Below are positions 45,919 through 54,665 of a stretch of DNA of 64,000 bases, piece by piece; position 1 is the first letter of the stretch; every line of letters begins with the position of its first letter. Source of the stretch: an uncultured Acidobacteriota bacterium (GTDB lineage Bacteria > Acidobacteriota > Thermoanaerobaculia > Gp7-AA8). Made by a program: the position numbers and the translations under genes. Below the pieces are notes generated by a model. That model did no database searches and was not told the DNA's origin. It worked only from the letters and a program-made list of their open reading frames with translations. The stretch spans positions 1,280,001-1,344,000 of the forward strand of contig CAVUKB010000005.1 of the NCBI GenBank assembly GCA_963741955.1. Reading direction: 5' to 3'.

Positions 45919-47494
45919 CGAATGTTCGTCCTCGCATCCGGAGCTCATCGAATTTCTCATAACGTCCAAGTGCAGGTCCCAGATCCTCGGCGCGCGAGCT
46001 CTTCGTCACCACGATCGACGGAGGGGGCGAGATTCGCCCGAGGTCGTCTGCATCAATATATCGGACGTCCTCCAGATTCCCGGGCATGTTCCGGCTCCAG
46101 AGATACGGAGTGTAGTAGAGGGCGATCCGATCGCCGGGGACATCGATCCGCTCCAGCGCCTGAATCAGTTCGTGCGTCGATCCGATGTCGTTCAGGACCG
46201 GCATCAGAGCCGTTCCGAGGAACAGCAGCGGAATCGTGGCCACGATCCCCGTGAGAACGGTCGACGGAATCAGACGGTCGCGACGCAGAAACAGCAGGAC
46301 GAGCAGAGCGACGGCCGCCGCGGCTGCCGTCGTCCAGAGCATGGCCTGAACGGAGGGAAGGAACAGGAGCTCGCGTTCGGGAGTCGGTTTCAGGAACCGC
46401 GCCGCAAACGCCGCCACCGTGACCATCACCATTCCGAGCAACGCGATGGTCGTCGCATTCGCGGCGACGGCGAGCTTCGAAACGAGATCGCGGCGCGAAT
46501 CCGCGACGAGCCGCGCGCCGAGCATCGCCGCAGGGATCATTGCCGGGAGCATGTAGACATCGAGTTTCCCGCTGATCAAAGAGAACGGAATGAGGACTGC
46601 GAGCACCCAGCTGACCAGGAATCGCGACCTGTTCGATTCGGCCGGCGGATCCTTCCGGCGATAGACGGCCACCAGCGAGACGGCGAAAAGGAAGAACCAC
46701 GGGAGGAACGTCCCCGGAGCATGGCCGAGGTAGTACCAGAGCGGCTCGCGGTGGACCCACGAATTGACGGCACGTCCGATGTTCTGTTTGACCAGGAGCT
46801 CCTCGGCGTACGCACGACCGCCGGTGATGACCGCCGGAATCACCCAGAGCAGAGGGATGGCCGCGACGATCGCCACCGCCGCCGCGTAGTTCCCGCGCGG
46901 GAAACGCCTCCTCCGCACTCCTTCGAACAGCAGGAGCAGCAGAGCGATCACCAGAGCCATCGGCCCCTTCACCAGGATCGCGACTCCGAGTGCGACCGCA
47001 GCCAGAAGAAGATCTCTCCGCGACTCCCTCTCGATGAAACGGTGCAGCTGGAGAATGGCAAGAGTGATCAGAACGGTGAACTCCAGATCCATCCGCGCGG
47101 TCTGCGCGATGCCCCACACCAGGTAGAACGTGGAGGTCAGGAAGGTTGCGACCCAGGCGGTGAGAGAATCGAAGAGCTCTCGCGTGAAGCGCCAGACCAG
47201 CCACAGCAGCAGCAGGTTGGCGATCAGCGACGGAAGCACGTACGGCCAGATGGAATGGAGTCCGAAAGGGCGGGTGAGGAGATCGATCGCCCAGAAGTGG
47301 AGAGGCGGCTTATGGCTGTAGGGATGCCCGTTCAGCACCGGAACGAGAAAAGAACCGGTGGTCCGCATCTCGCGGATGACCTCGCCGTACTTCGTCTCGT
47401 CTCCGACGTAAAGCTCGCGCTGAATCGGCGAGAGAAAGGTCGTCAGAACGACCACCGCGGTCAGCAGGAAGAGGAGACGGGAGCGGGTATCCAT
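45899..47494 (-). CDS. ArnT/GT39-GT83 family membrane glycosyltransferase
   Basis: DETKYGEVIREM, KPPLHFW, ARMD, LVKGP, H.EPLWYY, GKLDVYMLP. Confidence 0.88.
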   Translation of the reverse strand: MDTRSRLLFLLTAVVVLTTFLSPIQRELYVGDETKYGEVIREMRTTGSFLVPVLNGHPYSHKPPLHFWAIDLLTRPFGLHSIWPYVLPSLIANLLLLWLVWRFTRELFDSLTAWVATFLTSTFYLVWGIAQTARMDLEFTVLITLAILQLHRFIERESRRDLLLAAVALGVAILVKGPMALVIALLLLLFEGVRRRRFPRGNYAAAVAIVAAIPLLWVIPAVITGGRAYAEELLVKQNIGRAVNSWVHREPLWYYLGHAPGTFLPWFFLFAVSLVAVYRRKDPPAESNRSRFLVSWVLAVLIPFSLISGKLDVYMLPAMIPAAMLGARLVADSRRDLVSKLAVAANATTIALLGMVMVTVAAFAARFLKPTPERELLFLPSVQAMLWTTAAAAAVALLVLLFLRRDRLIPSTVLTGIVATIPLLFLGTALMPVLNDIGSTHELIQALERIDVPGDRIALYYTPYLWSRNMPGNLEDVRYIDADDLGRISPPPSIVVTKSSRAEDLGPALGRYEKFDELRMRGRTFDVYRRR

Positions 47495-47641
47495 CGGGGG
47501 TGAGATTATATGGCAGACACTCCCCGTCGCGATTGTAAACTGTGGAAAAACAATGAGATGCGGAACAAATCGAATTTTCATTACAGCTTCGAAACGCGGT
47601 GGTAGAATCGAAACAGATCGCATTCGAAGGAGGGTTGCCGG

Positions 47642-47872
47642 ATGTCAGAACGCAAACAGCAGATTCAAAAAGCCCTGGCCCGCGAAGACGAAGAGTTCCG
47701 CACGTGGGCCCGGCAGCACACGGAATTCGAACAGCGTCTGGCACAGCTTGCGGATAAGATGACCCTTTCGGCCGAGGAAGAATTCGAAGAAAAAGAATTG
47801 AAGAAACGAAAGCTCTGGCTCAAAGATCACATGGCGGCCAAGATTCGCGAATACCAGGTTTCCAGAGTCTGA
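47642..47872 (+). CDS. DUF465/YdcH family small coiled-coil protein
   Basis: H.EFEQRL...ELKKRKLWLKD; GGAGG RBS. Confidence 0.8.
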   Translation: MSERKQQIQKALAREDEEFRTWARQHTEFEQRLAQLADKMTLSAEEEFEEKELKKRKLWLKDHMAAKIREYQVSRV

Positions 47873-47893
47873 TCCTCACCGATCGACTGCAAC

Positions 47894-47924
47894 GCGAAGG
47901 GGGTTCCGGCGGAACCCCCTTTGC
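47894..47924 (+). terminator. Intrinsic terminator
   Basis: GCGAAGGGGGTTCC-GGC-GGAACCCCCTTTGC. Confidence 0.65.
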
Positions 47925-48051
47925 ATTTCGAGGTTCACCAACTAAAGTTCGGCTTGCAGCAGAACGACTCCGCGCGACGGACCGGAACGAGACCTTCACG
48001 CCCGGCAAGATCGCCGAACGAACTGACGACGAGGAGCACCGGAACAGCACG

Positions 48052-48699
48052 ATGAGACGTTTTCCGCTCGCCCCCGAGGGGTGGATCCTGATTCTGCCGG
48101 CCCTGATCCTGGCCCTCCTCGCTCTCCTGATGCAGTTCTACTTCGTCGCGCTGTTCTTCGGCGTGATCACGGTGTTTCTGCTGAACTTCTTTCGGAACCC
48201 GACCCGTGCCGGATCCGCGCACGAGCTCGATGTCCTCTCTCCCGCAGACGGGACGGTGGTCCTGATCAAGGACGTTCCGGACGGAGAGATCTGGCCCGGT
48301 CTCACCCGGCAGGTCAGCATCTTCATGTCCGTCTTCGACGTCCACGTGAACCGCGCGCCACTGACCGGACGGATCGTCCACTACTCCTACAATCCGGGGA
48401 AGAAGCTCGCAGCCTTCGCGGAAAAGTCGTCGCTGGAGAATGAGCAGAATCTGATCGTGGTCGAGTCGGCGGCGGGAACCGTGGCATTCAAGCAGATCGC
48501 CGGTCTGCTGGCGCGGAGAATCGTCTTCGACAAGGCGGAAGGAGCGGAGGTGGTACGTGGCGAGCGGATCGGAATGATCAAGTTCGGTTCGCGCGTCGAT
48601 CTGTTTCTTCCCTCCGACGCGAAGGTCGTGGTCGAGAACCGTCAGAAGGTGAAGGTGGGCCTGACGGTGATCGCCCAGCTCGGGAGCGCCTCAGGATGA
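48052..48699 (+). CDS. psd: Phosphatidylserine decarboxylase proenzyme
   Basis: FFRNP, SPADG, DVHVNRAP, QIAG..ARRI, FGSRVD cleavage motif. Confidence 0.93.
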   Translation: MRRFPLAPEGWILILPALILALLALLMQFYFVALFFGVITVFLLNFFRNPTRAGSAHELDVLSPADGTVVLIKDVPDGEIWPGLTRQVSIFMSVFDVHVNRAPLTGRIVHYSYNPGKKLAAFAEKSSLENEQNLIVVESAAGTVAFKQIAGLLARRIVFDKAEGAEVVRGERIGMIKFGSRVDLFLPSDAKVVVENRQKVKVGLTVIAQLGSASG

Positions 48700-49523
48700 A
48701 CGGCGCGGAGGTACGGCAGAAGCTCCGCCGCGGAGTCTACATCGTTCCGACTTCATTGACCGTACTGAACATCTTCTTCGGGTTCACCGCGATCATGCTC
48801 AGCATGCGCGCGGTGCGGGAGGAGTCGCTGGGCGATCTGTTCGAGGCGGGACGGATGTTCCGGCTCGCGTGCTGGTCTCTCGCCGCAGCGGCACTGTTCG
48901 ACACGTTCGACGGGCTGGTGGCCCGGCTGATGAAGGCGACCAGTGAGTTCGGGAAGGAATACGATTCGATCGCGGACGTAGTCACGTTCGGTGCGGCCCC
49001 CGCAGTACTGGTTTATGCCTGGGCGCTCCACAATTGGCACCGGCTCGGCGTCGGGATCGCGTTCCTCTTCCTGGTTGCCGGATCGCTCCGTCTGGCCCGC
49101 TTCAATATTCAGCACGGAAAGGCCGACCACCGGTACTTCGTCGGCCTCCCCATTCCCGCTGGAGCCCTGACCCTCGCTGGAATCATCAACTACGCACCGC
49201 AACCGGTACAGGACCAGAGATTCGCGGCAGTGATGCTGGTGGTGACCGCCGGTCTCGCGTTCGCGATGGTCTCCACGGTCCGCTACCGGAGTCAGAAATA
49301 CGCCAACATCCACCGCCGGAGCTCCTTCACCAGCCTGCTGATGATCGCGCTACTGGTGGTGATTCTCTACCGCTGGCCTGCGGAGTTCTGGTTCATCGGG
49401 TCGATCTCCTACGTGGTATCCGGTCCGCTGGTGAAACTCTGGAGCATCGCGTTTCCGCACCGCCCGACGCCACCTGGAGCGGAAAGTCAGCCGGATCATG
49501 AACCCGCCGCCGAGCAACTCTGA
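48696..49523 (+). CDS. pssA: CDP-diacylglycerol-serine O-phosphatidyltransferase
   Basis: DTFDGLVAR...FGKEYDSIAD, RLARFN, FVGLP; coupled to psd. Confidence 0.9.
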   Translation: MNGAEVRQKLRRGVYIVPTSLTVLNIFFGFTAIMLSMRAVREESLGDLFEAGRMFRLACWSLAAAALFDTFDGLVARLMKATSEFGKEYDSIADVVTFGAAPAVLVYAWALHNWHRLGVGIAFLFLVAGSLRLARFNIQHGKADHRYFVGLPIPAGALTLAGIINYAPQPVQDQRFAAVMLVVTAGLAFAMVSTVRYRSQKYANIHRRSSFTSLLMIALLVVILYRWPAEFWFIGSISYVVSGPLVKLWSIAFPHRPTPPGAESQPDHEPAAEQL

Positions 49524-49568
49524 GCCCTGAGCTCTCCTCGCGACGGCTCGAGGACGAAAGACGAGAAC

Positions 49569-50573
49569 ATGCTTCGAACACCGACAGGCTTCTACCGCTT
49601 CGCCATCGTCAATCCGCTCACTCTGATCGGAAAGGAGATCCAGTCTCTTCTCCGCGAGCGACACATCCCGGCCTCGAACATCACGCTTCTCGACTCGACC
49701 GGAAAGGAAGCGGGAACTCTCACCGAAGTGAACGAGGAAGCGTCGGTGGTTCAGCAGATCTCGGAGATCGAAGTCGCCGACGCCGACATCATCTTCTTCT
49801 GCGGAAATGCCGCCTCGAATGCAGCCTGGATCCCTCACGTCCGTGCGGACGCTCTCGGGATCGACCTCTCTCAGCCGACGGCGATGGCGATGGAAGGAGT
49901 TGCGGCTCTCGCGGGTGTCAATACCGCCCGGTTCGAGTCGGAGAACCTTCTGATCTCCCCGCATCCGGCGGCGATCCCGGTCGCGCTGATCGCGGACCGG
50001 CTGCGACGGGTCGGGAATCTCGATCTCTGCGCGGCCACGGTGGTCGAGCCGGCCTCGGAAGAAGACGAGGCCGGAGTGGATGAGCTGTTCCACCAGACGG
50101 TGAACGTCCTGAACATGACACCGTTTCCGAAGGAGATCTTCGACCGTCAGCTCGCGTTCAATCTCTATCCCGATGCCACGGCGAGCAGCGACGAGGAGTA
50201 CGTGATCGCGCAGATCCGGGAAGTCCTCGGCGCGACGCTCCCGATCGCGGTGACGCTCGTGCGTGGCTCCGTCTTTCACGGCCATTCGATCTCGCTCTTC
50301 GTTCGATTCGCGTCGGATTCGAACGTGGAGACGATCGCGTCCGCTCTCGACCAGAGCGTCTCGATCGAGGTCGCCGCGACCGACGAGCCCCTCGGGACGC
50401 TCGACGCTGCGGGAAAGGACCAGATCCTGATCGGCAGAATCCAGAAAGCCGCCGACATTCCGGGCGCGTTCTGGATCTGGGCGATCTCGGACAACCTTCG
50501 ACGCGCGTCCGCACTGAACGCGGTCATGCTGGCCGAAGAAGCGATCGCCCGCAGCGGACCACCGCCGAGCTGA
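49569..50573 (+). CDS. Aspartate-semialdehyde dehydrogenase-like protein, catalytically degenerate (Usg-like)
   Basis: QLAFNL.P, FHGHS, GRI, DNLR..ALNAV retained; GATG and NPNC motifs absent. Confidence 0.7.
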   Translation: MLRTPTGFYRFAIVNPLTLIGKEIQSLLRERHIPASNITLLDSTGKEAGTLTEVNEEASVVQQISEIEVADADIIFFCGNAASNAAWIPHVRADALGIDLSQPTAMAMEGVAALAGVNTARFESENLLISPHPAAIPVALIADRLRRVGNLDLCAATVVEPASEEDEAGVDELFHQTVNVLNMTPFPKEIFDRQLAFNLYPDATASSDEEYVIAQIREVLGATLPIAVTLVRGSVFHGHSISLFVRFASDSNVETIASALDQSVSIEVAATDEPLGTLDAAGKDQILIGRIQKAADIPGAFWIWAISDNLRRASALNAVMLAEEAIARSGPPPS

Positions 50574-50580
50574 CGAGCCG

Positions 50581-51078
50581 TCACGCCGGAGTCGACGAGG
50601 CGCGCCGCTTCAGCGAAAGAGTCAGCTCGAATTCGGCGACAGGCTCGCTTCCGCTCAGTTCCGGGACGGTCGCGGTGACCCGCACCGTGTCGTGCTCGCG
50701 CTCACCCGAGCGCACGACCCGATCGAGTAGCTCGCCGATCCGGACCCCGTCTTCGCAGGTGAAGACGACGTCTCCTTCCGGGCGCTTCAGGAAATTCGCC
50801 TTGAAATCCTTGAAGACCAGTGAGACGCGCTCTCCCGACTTCCTGATCCGATGCATCGCGATCAACCCACCGGCCACGTCGGCTCCGACGCAGAGCACGC
50901 CGAAGTACATCGAGCCGAGGTGATTCCGGTTCCTGCGACGAAACGGAATCCGGATCAGGCAGCGCTCGTCATCGAGCTTCAGGACCGAAGGACGGGTGTA
51001 CCAGATCAGGGGAACCTTCCAGAAGGCCCACGACCGGACGAAGAAGGTCTGGCGGAACCGCTCCGAGAACAGCTTCAT
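50581..51078 (-). CDS. Hot-dog fold thioesterase-like protein (DUF4442/YiiD-like)
   Basis: RNRNHLGSMYFG..ADVAGG, FLKRPEGDV. Confidence 0.75.
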   Translation of the reverse strand: MKLFSERFRQTFFVRSWAFWKVPLIWYTRPSVLKLDDERCLIRIPFRRRNRNHLGSMYFGVLCVGADVAGGLIAMHRIRKSGERVSLVFKDFKANFLKRPEGDVVFTCEDGVRIGELLDRVVRSGEREHDTVRVTATVPELSGSEPVAEFELTLSLKRRASSTPA

Positions 51079-51521
51079 CTCTCTCTCCCCTCGCGAAGAG
51101 CGTGGCGCAGAATTTTCGCGTGGTCGAACGCCAGGGGCGGAAGATCATTCACTGCAAACCACTGCACCTCGTCGGCGTCGTCGGCGGCCTTCATTCTGCG
51201 CCGGCCCCCGACGGTACCGGTGAAAACGATACTGATGGTGTGACCCCGCGGATCGCGTCCCGGATCTCCGAAGGCGGCGAGCTGCTCGAGCCGGATCCTC
51301 GTCAGACCGGTCTCTTCGCGCAGCTCGCGCCGGGCCGCACGTTCGAGCGGCTCGAACGGGTCGACGAACCCACCCGGGAAGGCCCACCGGCCGCGAAACG
51401 GTTCGCGACCGCGCCGGATCAGGAGGACTTCGTGTCCGTCCGTCGACGGACGGAAGAGAACGACGTCGACCGTGACCGCCGGCCGTGGGAACTCGTAGCA
51501 GTGCTCTTTCCGCTTCGGCAT
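51075..51521 (-). CDS. NUDIX hydrolase
   Basis: PGGFVDPFEPLERAARRELREETGL Nudix box, RDPR, ADDA, LAFDH. Confidence 0.92.
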   Translation of the reverse strand: MPKRKEHCYEFPRPAVTVDVVLFRPSTDGHEVLLIRRGREPFRGRWAFPGGFVDPFEPLERAARRELREETGLTRIRLEQLAAFGDPGRDPRGHTISIVFTGTVGGRRRMKAADDADEVQWFAVNDLPPLAFDHAKILRHALREGRER

Positions 51522-51665
51522 GGGCCGATTGTACTGGCGCGCGGCCGTCGAGCAAATCCCGATTATTCCCTTCCCGGTCAGTCAGTTCGAAGCAGATCAT
51601 GCGGCCGGATCGGATTCGATCTTGCAGTTGATATTCAGACCAACACCACACAGAAGGAGCACTCC

Positions 51666-52127
51666 ATGCCCAGGAACAGACGAAGTGCAGCATCCTTCAG
51701 AAAAGAGACGAATCAGGAGTCCGGCTCCATCCGCGGCCGTCTGCGTCGCGCAGCGGGACGGCTCCGCGAGACTCTCGGCTCGATCCGGGAGAACTTCTCG
51801 ACATCGGAGAGCACGGGGCGGCGGCAGCAGAATCCGGCCGTACGAACGAAGAACCGCGAGGCGGAAGATCACCGGCCGCCACGCAGGATGCCGAATGTCG
51901 ATCTCTCGCCGCTCGACGCTTCCTCGGCGTCGCAACAGAGCAAGAGCTCGGCCGAGCCGCAGCGGCACGCCCACCACTACATCGACCAGGAGGCCGGAGT
52001 GGCCATGAGCAGCGAGAGCCGATGGGCGGACGAAGACCGCTACACGAACCGGAGCCACGATCCACGGATCGGAACGCACGGGCGCTCCTACGATGATGCG
52101 GACCGGGAGGAAGCACGAAACCGATGA
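51666..52127 (+). CDS. Hypothetical hydrophilic protein
   Basis: AAGGAG RBS before ATG; fills the gap between divergent and convergent neighbours. Confidence 0.55.
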   Translation: MPRNRRSAASFRKETNQESGSIRGRLRRAAGRLRETLGSIRENFSTSESTGRRQQNPAVRTKNREAEDHRPPRRMPNVDLSPLDASSASQQSKSSAEPQRHAHHYIDQEAGVAMSSESRWADEDRYTNRSHDPRIGTHGRSYDDADREEARNR

Positions 52128-52131
52128 GGCC

Positions 52132-52911
52132 TCAGCGTCGAAGCTTTGCCGAGTCGATCCGCCGCTTCGCGAACGGAAGCGAGAGCATGTCGTAGACGGC
52201 GTTCGGCAGCAGCCGGGCGAGCTTCATCAGTAGAGCGGTAGGGAGCGGGAAAGAGACTTCCCGCACCTCCCGCTCGATTGCTTCCGCGATCTTCAGCGCC
52301 GCCTCCTCGGGCTCCATCAGGAACGGCATCGGGAAGCGGTTCTTCTCCACCAGCGGCGTCCGCACGAATCCCGGATTCACGGTGGTCACTTTGACTCCAC
52401 GGCTGCGAAGTTCCGCTCGCGTCCCGTCGAGAAATGCCTGCATTGCCGCCTTGCTCGCCGAATATGCCGAAGAGCCGGGAAGGCCGCGGAACCCCGCCAC
52501 TGACGCGATTCCGACGAACTGTCCGTCACCGCGCTCGATCATCGACGGAATCACGGCATCGAACAGGTACACCATCCCCAGCACGTTCGTTCTGAATACG
52601 TTCTCCGCATCTTCGAGCTTGAACTTTCGCGCCGGCGTAGGAAGACCGACCCCTGCATTCGCCACTGCGATGTCGATACGGCCCCACTCGGAGTGGACAC
52701 GCTGAACCGCCTCATGGACGGATTCCGAGCTGGTGACGTCGCAACGGATCGCGAGGGCCTCCCGCCCTTGCGCGCGGAGCTCGCTCGCGACCTCCTCCAG
52801 CAGCTCACCCCTCCGGGCACAGAGGGCGACCCGATTCCCTCGCCGCGCGAGCTCCCGGCCGAGAGCGAGACCGATCCCACTCGAACCACCAGTGATCAGG
52901 ACGTTCTTCAC
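52132..52911 (-). CDS. Short-chain dehydrogenase/reductase
   Basis: TGGSSGIG, NAG, YSASK, PGFVRT. Confidence 0.92.
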   Translation of the reverse strand: MKNVLITGGSSGIGLALGRELARRGNRVALCARRGELLEEVASELRAQGREALAIRCDVTSSESVHEAVQRVHSEWGRIDIAVANAGVGLPTPARKFKLEDAENVFRTNVLGMVYLFDAVIPSMIERGDGQFVGIASVAGFRGLPGSSAYSASKAAMQAFLDGTRAELRSRGVKVTTVNPGFVRTPLVEKNRFPMPFLMEPEEAALKIAEAIEREVREVSFPLPTALLMKLARLLPNAVYDMLSLPFAKRRIDSAKLRR

Positions 52912-52946
52912 GCGGCAGGATTATAGCGATCGCGGAGCAGGCGCAA

Positions 52947-52970
52947 AGACCGTGACCCGAACCACGGTCT
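52947..52970 (-). terminator. Terminator-like hairpin downstream of radical SAM gene
   Basis: AGACCGTG-N8-CACGGTCT stem ending in a short T run (CTTT) on minus strand. Confidence 0.5.
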
Positions 52971-52976
52971 CGGCTC

Positions 52977-53067
52977 TATTCTCTCATGAAGTCACTTTAG
53001 AGAATAATCTGCATCTAATGTACGCAATTGCAGAATTTAATTCTGTAAATGCTCAGTTTTACAGAAC
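52977..53067. repeat. AT-rich array of three adjacent inverted repeats
   Basis: ATTCT-N18-AGAAT, AATCT-N21-AGAAT, ATTCT-N18-AGAAC. Confidence 0.55.
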
Positions 53068-53106
53068 ACTGTGCCGCAGAACTGATCGCCGGCGCCGCGG
53101 AGACTC

Positions 53107-54267
53107 TCAGGAAGCCTTTCGAGGCTCCCACGCGCACGTCACGTCTTCGGCCAGAGGGTCACCGCTGATCGCATAGGCGCGGGCGCGCGAGCCGCCGCAG
53201 ATTTCGCGATACTCACAACGTCCGCACTTCCCCTCGAGCTGTTGCGGATCCTGGAGCGTCTGGAAGAGCGGCGAAGTCCGATAGATGTCGACCAGCGACC
53301 GCCTCCGGGCATTCCCCGCCGACAGCGGAAGGAAGGCTCCCGGATAGACCTCGCCGAGGTGCGAGACGAAGATGTCGGTCGAGACGCCATCCGGCGCGAT
53401 CCGGTCGAGCGACTTCGGCCCAACCTGCTGGCCGGAAAAGAGCGATCCGAGCGCGATGCCCGCGGCGCGTGCGACATCCACACCCTCACCTTCGATCCCC
53501 AGCTCGCGAAGCCGCTTCTGCAGGAGGAACCTCCGATACTGAGGAGCTTCGATCGCCGTGACGGCGAACGACCGCGTTGCCGACGCGCGGTAGAGGATCT
53601 CGAATGCACTCTCGATCTCTTCCGCGCTCATCGCATCGACCGAACGGCCACGAGCACTGGAGATCACGAAGAACGCATTCCAGCGCGAGACCTCGAGCTC
53701 CTCGAGAAGAGAGAACAGATCCTCGAGCTCCGCGTAAGCTTTTCGCGTGATGGTCGTGTTGACCTGAACCGGCAGTCCCAGAGCGCGAGCACTCTCGATC
53801 GCATGGAGAGTCAGCTCGAAGGAGCCGGGAATGGCGCGGAAGCCGTCGTGGGTCGACGCGGTCGCGCCGTCGAGGCTCACCTTGAGACCGGCGAGCCGGC
53901 GGTACTTCATCTCCCGGATCGCCTCGTCGGTCAGCAGAGGCGTCGCGCTCGGGGTCATCGTCGGGGAGAGTCCGCGAAGCGAGGCGTACTCGATGAAGTT
54001 GAAAATCTCAGGACGCTTGAGAGGATCGCCACCGGTGATCACGAAAGCGCGCGGTTCGAGCTCCGCGATCTGGTCGATCAGCCGGTATCCCTCTTCGGTG
54101 GTCAGCTCGAATGCACTCCGTTTCGGCTGCACCGCACTCCGGCAGTGCCGGCATGCGAGATCGCAGGCGCGGGTCGGCTCCCAGATCACCGTCGCCGGCC
54201 GAAGAGGCGAAACGATTCGTACGGTCTGCTCTTTCCTGGGCTGTGGCTCGAGTGTGGTTCGCTCCAT
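53107..54267 (-). CDS. Radical SAM/SPASM protein (TIGR04053/AhbD-NirJ-like)
   Basis: WEPTRACDLACRHCR (CxxxCxxC), TGGDPL, C-terminal GKCGRCEYREICGGSRARAY...C. Confidence 0.85.
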   Translation of the reverse strand: MERTTLEPQPRKEQTVRIVSPLRPATVIWEPTRACDLACRHCRSAVQPKRSAFELTTEEGYRLIDQIAELEPRAFVITGGDPLKRPEIFNFIEYASLRGLSPTMTPSATPLLTDEAIREMKYRRLAGLKVSLDGATASTHDGFRAIPGSFELTLHAIESARALGLPVQVNTTITRKAYAELEDLFSLLEELEVSRWNAFFVISSARGRSVDAMSAEEIESAFEILYRASATRSFAVTAIEAPQYRRFLLQKRLRELGIEGEGVDVARAAGIALGSLFSGQQVGPKSLDRIAPDGVSTDIFVSHLGEVYPGAFLPLSAGNARRRSLVDIYRTSPLFQTLQDPQQLEGKCGRCEYREICGGSRARAYAISGDPLAEDVTCAWEPRKAS

Positions 54268-54491
54268 GTCGTCCTCGCAGTTTTCGCTGGAATGATGGAA
54301 ACACGGGGGGAAAACCTTCGAAATGACCTCTCTCACACCCGGTTGTGACGAGCAACACGACGCTGCAACCGCCGGATCGACGGCGGACTCTGCGAGCGCG
54401 CCGCGCGGCGGAAGCATTCAAACACCGAGTTCAGGTACAGCTCCTTCTTCATCCGGTTGTGTTTCCCGGCTGATCTCCCTACCATGGATCG

Positions 54492-54665
54492 ATGCCCGAC
54501 TGGTCGATCCTCCTTCTCTTCGTCGCCGCCTGGGTTCTCATTCAGTACGTCATCCTTCCTCGGCTCGGCGTCCCCACGTGAGCGGTTCCGGCTCCGCGCC
54601 GTGATCCGCGCGGAAACGACGAGCAGCTCAGTCCCGTCAGGGACACCGACGAGAAGAGCCGCTGA
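54492..54665 (+). CDS. Candidate small membrane selenoprotein (in-frame UGA at 54579-54581)
   Basis: MPDWSILLLFVAAWVLIQYVILPRLGVPT-[TGA]-AVPAPRRDPRGNDEQLSPVRDTDEKSR; TACCAT -10 box 6 nt before ATG; bSECIS-like hairpin after UGA; selC in window. Confidence 0.55.
54593..54614 (+). promoter_or_regulatory. Putative bacterial SECIS hairpin
   Basis: TCCGCGC-CGTGATCC-GCGCGGA; loop starts 18 nt after UGA, G at loop position 2. Confidence 0.45.

Noticed and set aside
52990-53030. Possible dif site within the AT-rich array
   Set aside because: Arms only loosely resemble XerC/XerD sites and the spacing does not fit the 11-6-11 pattern
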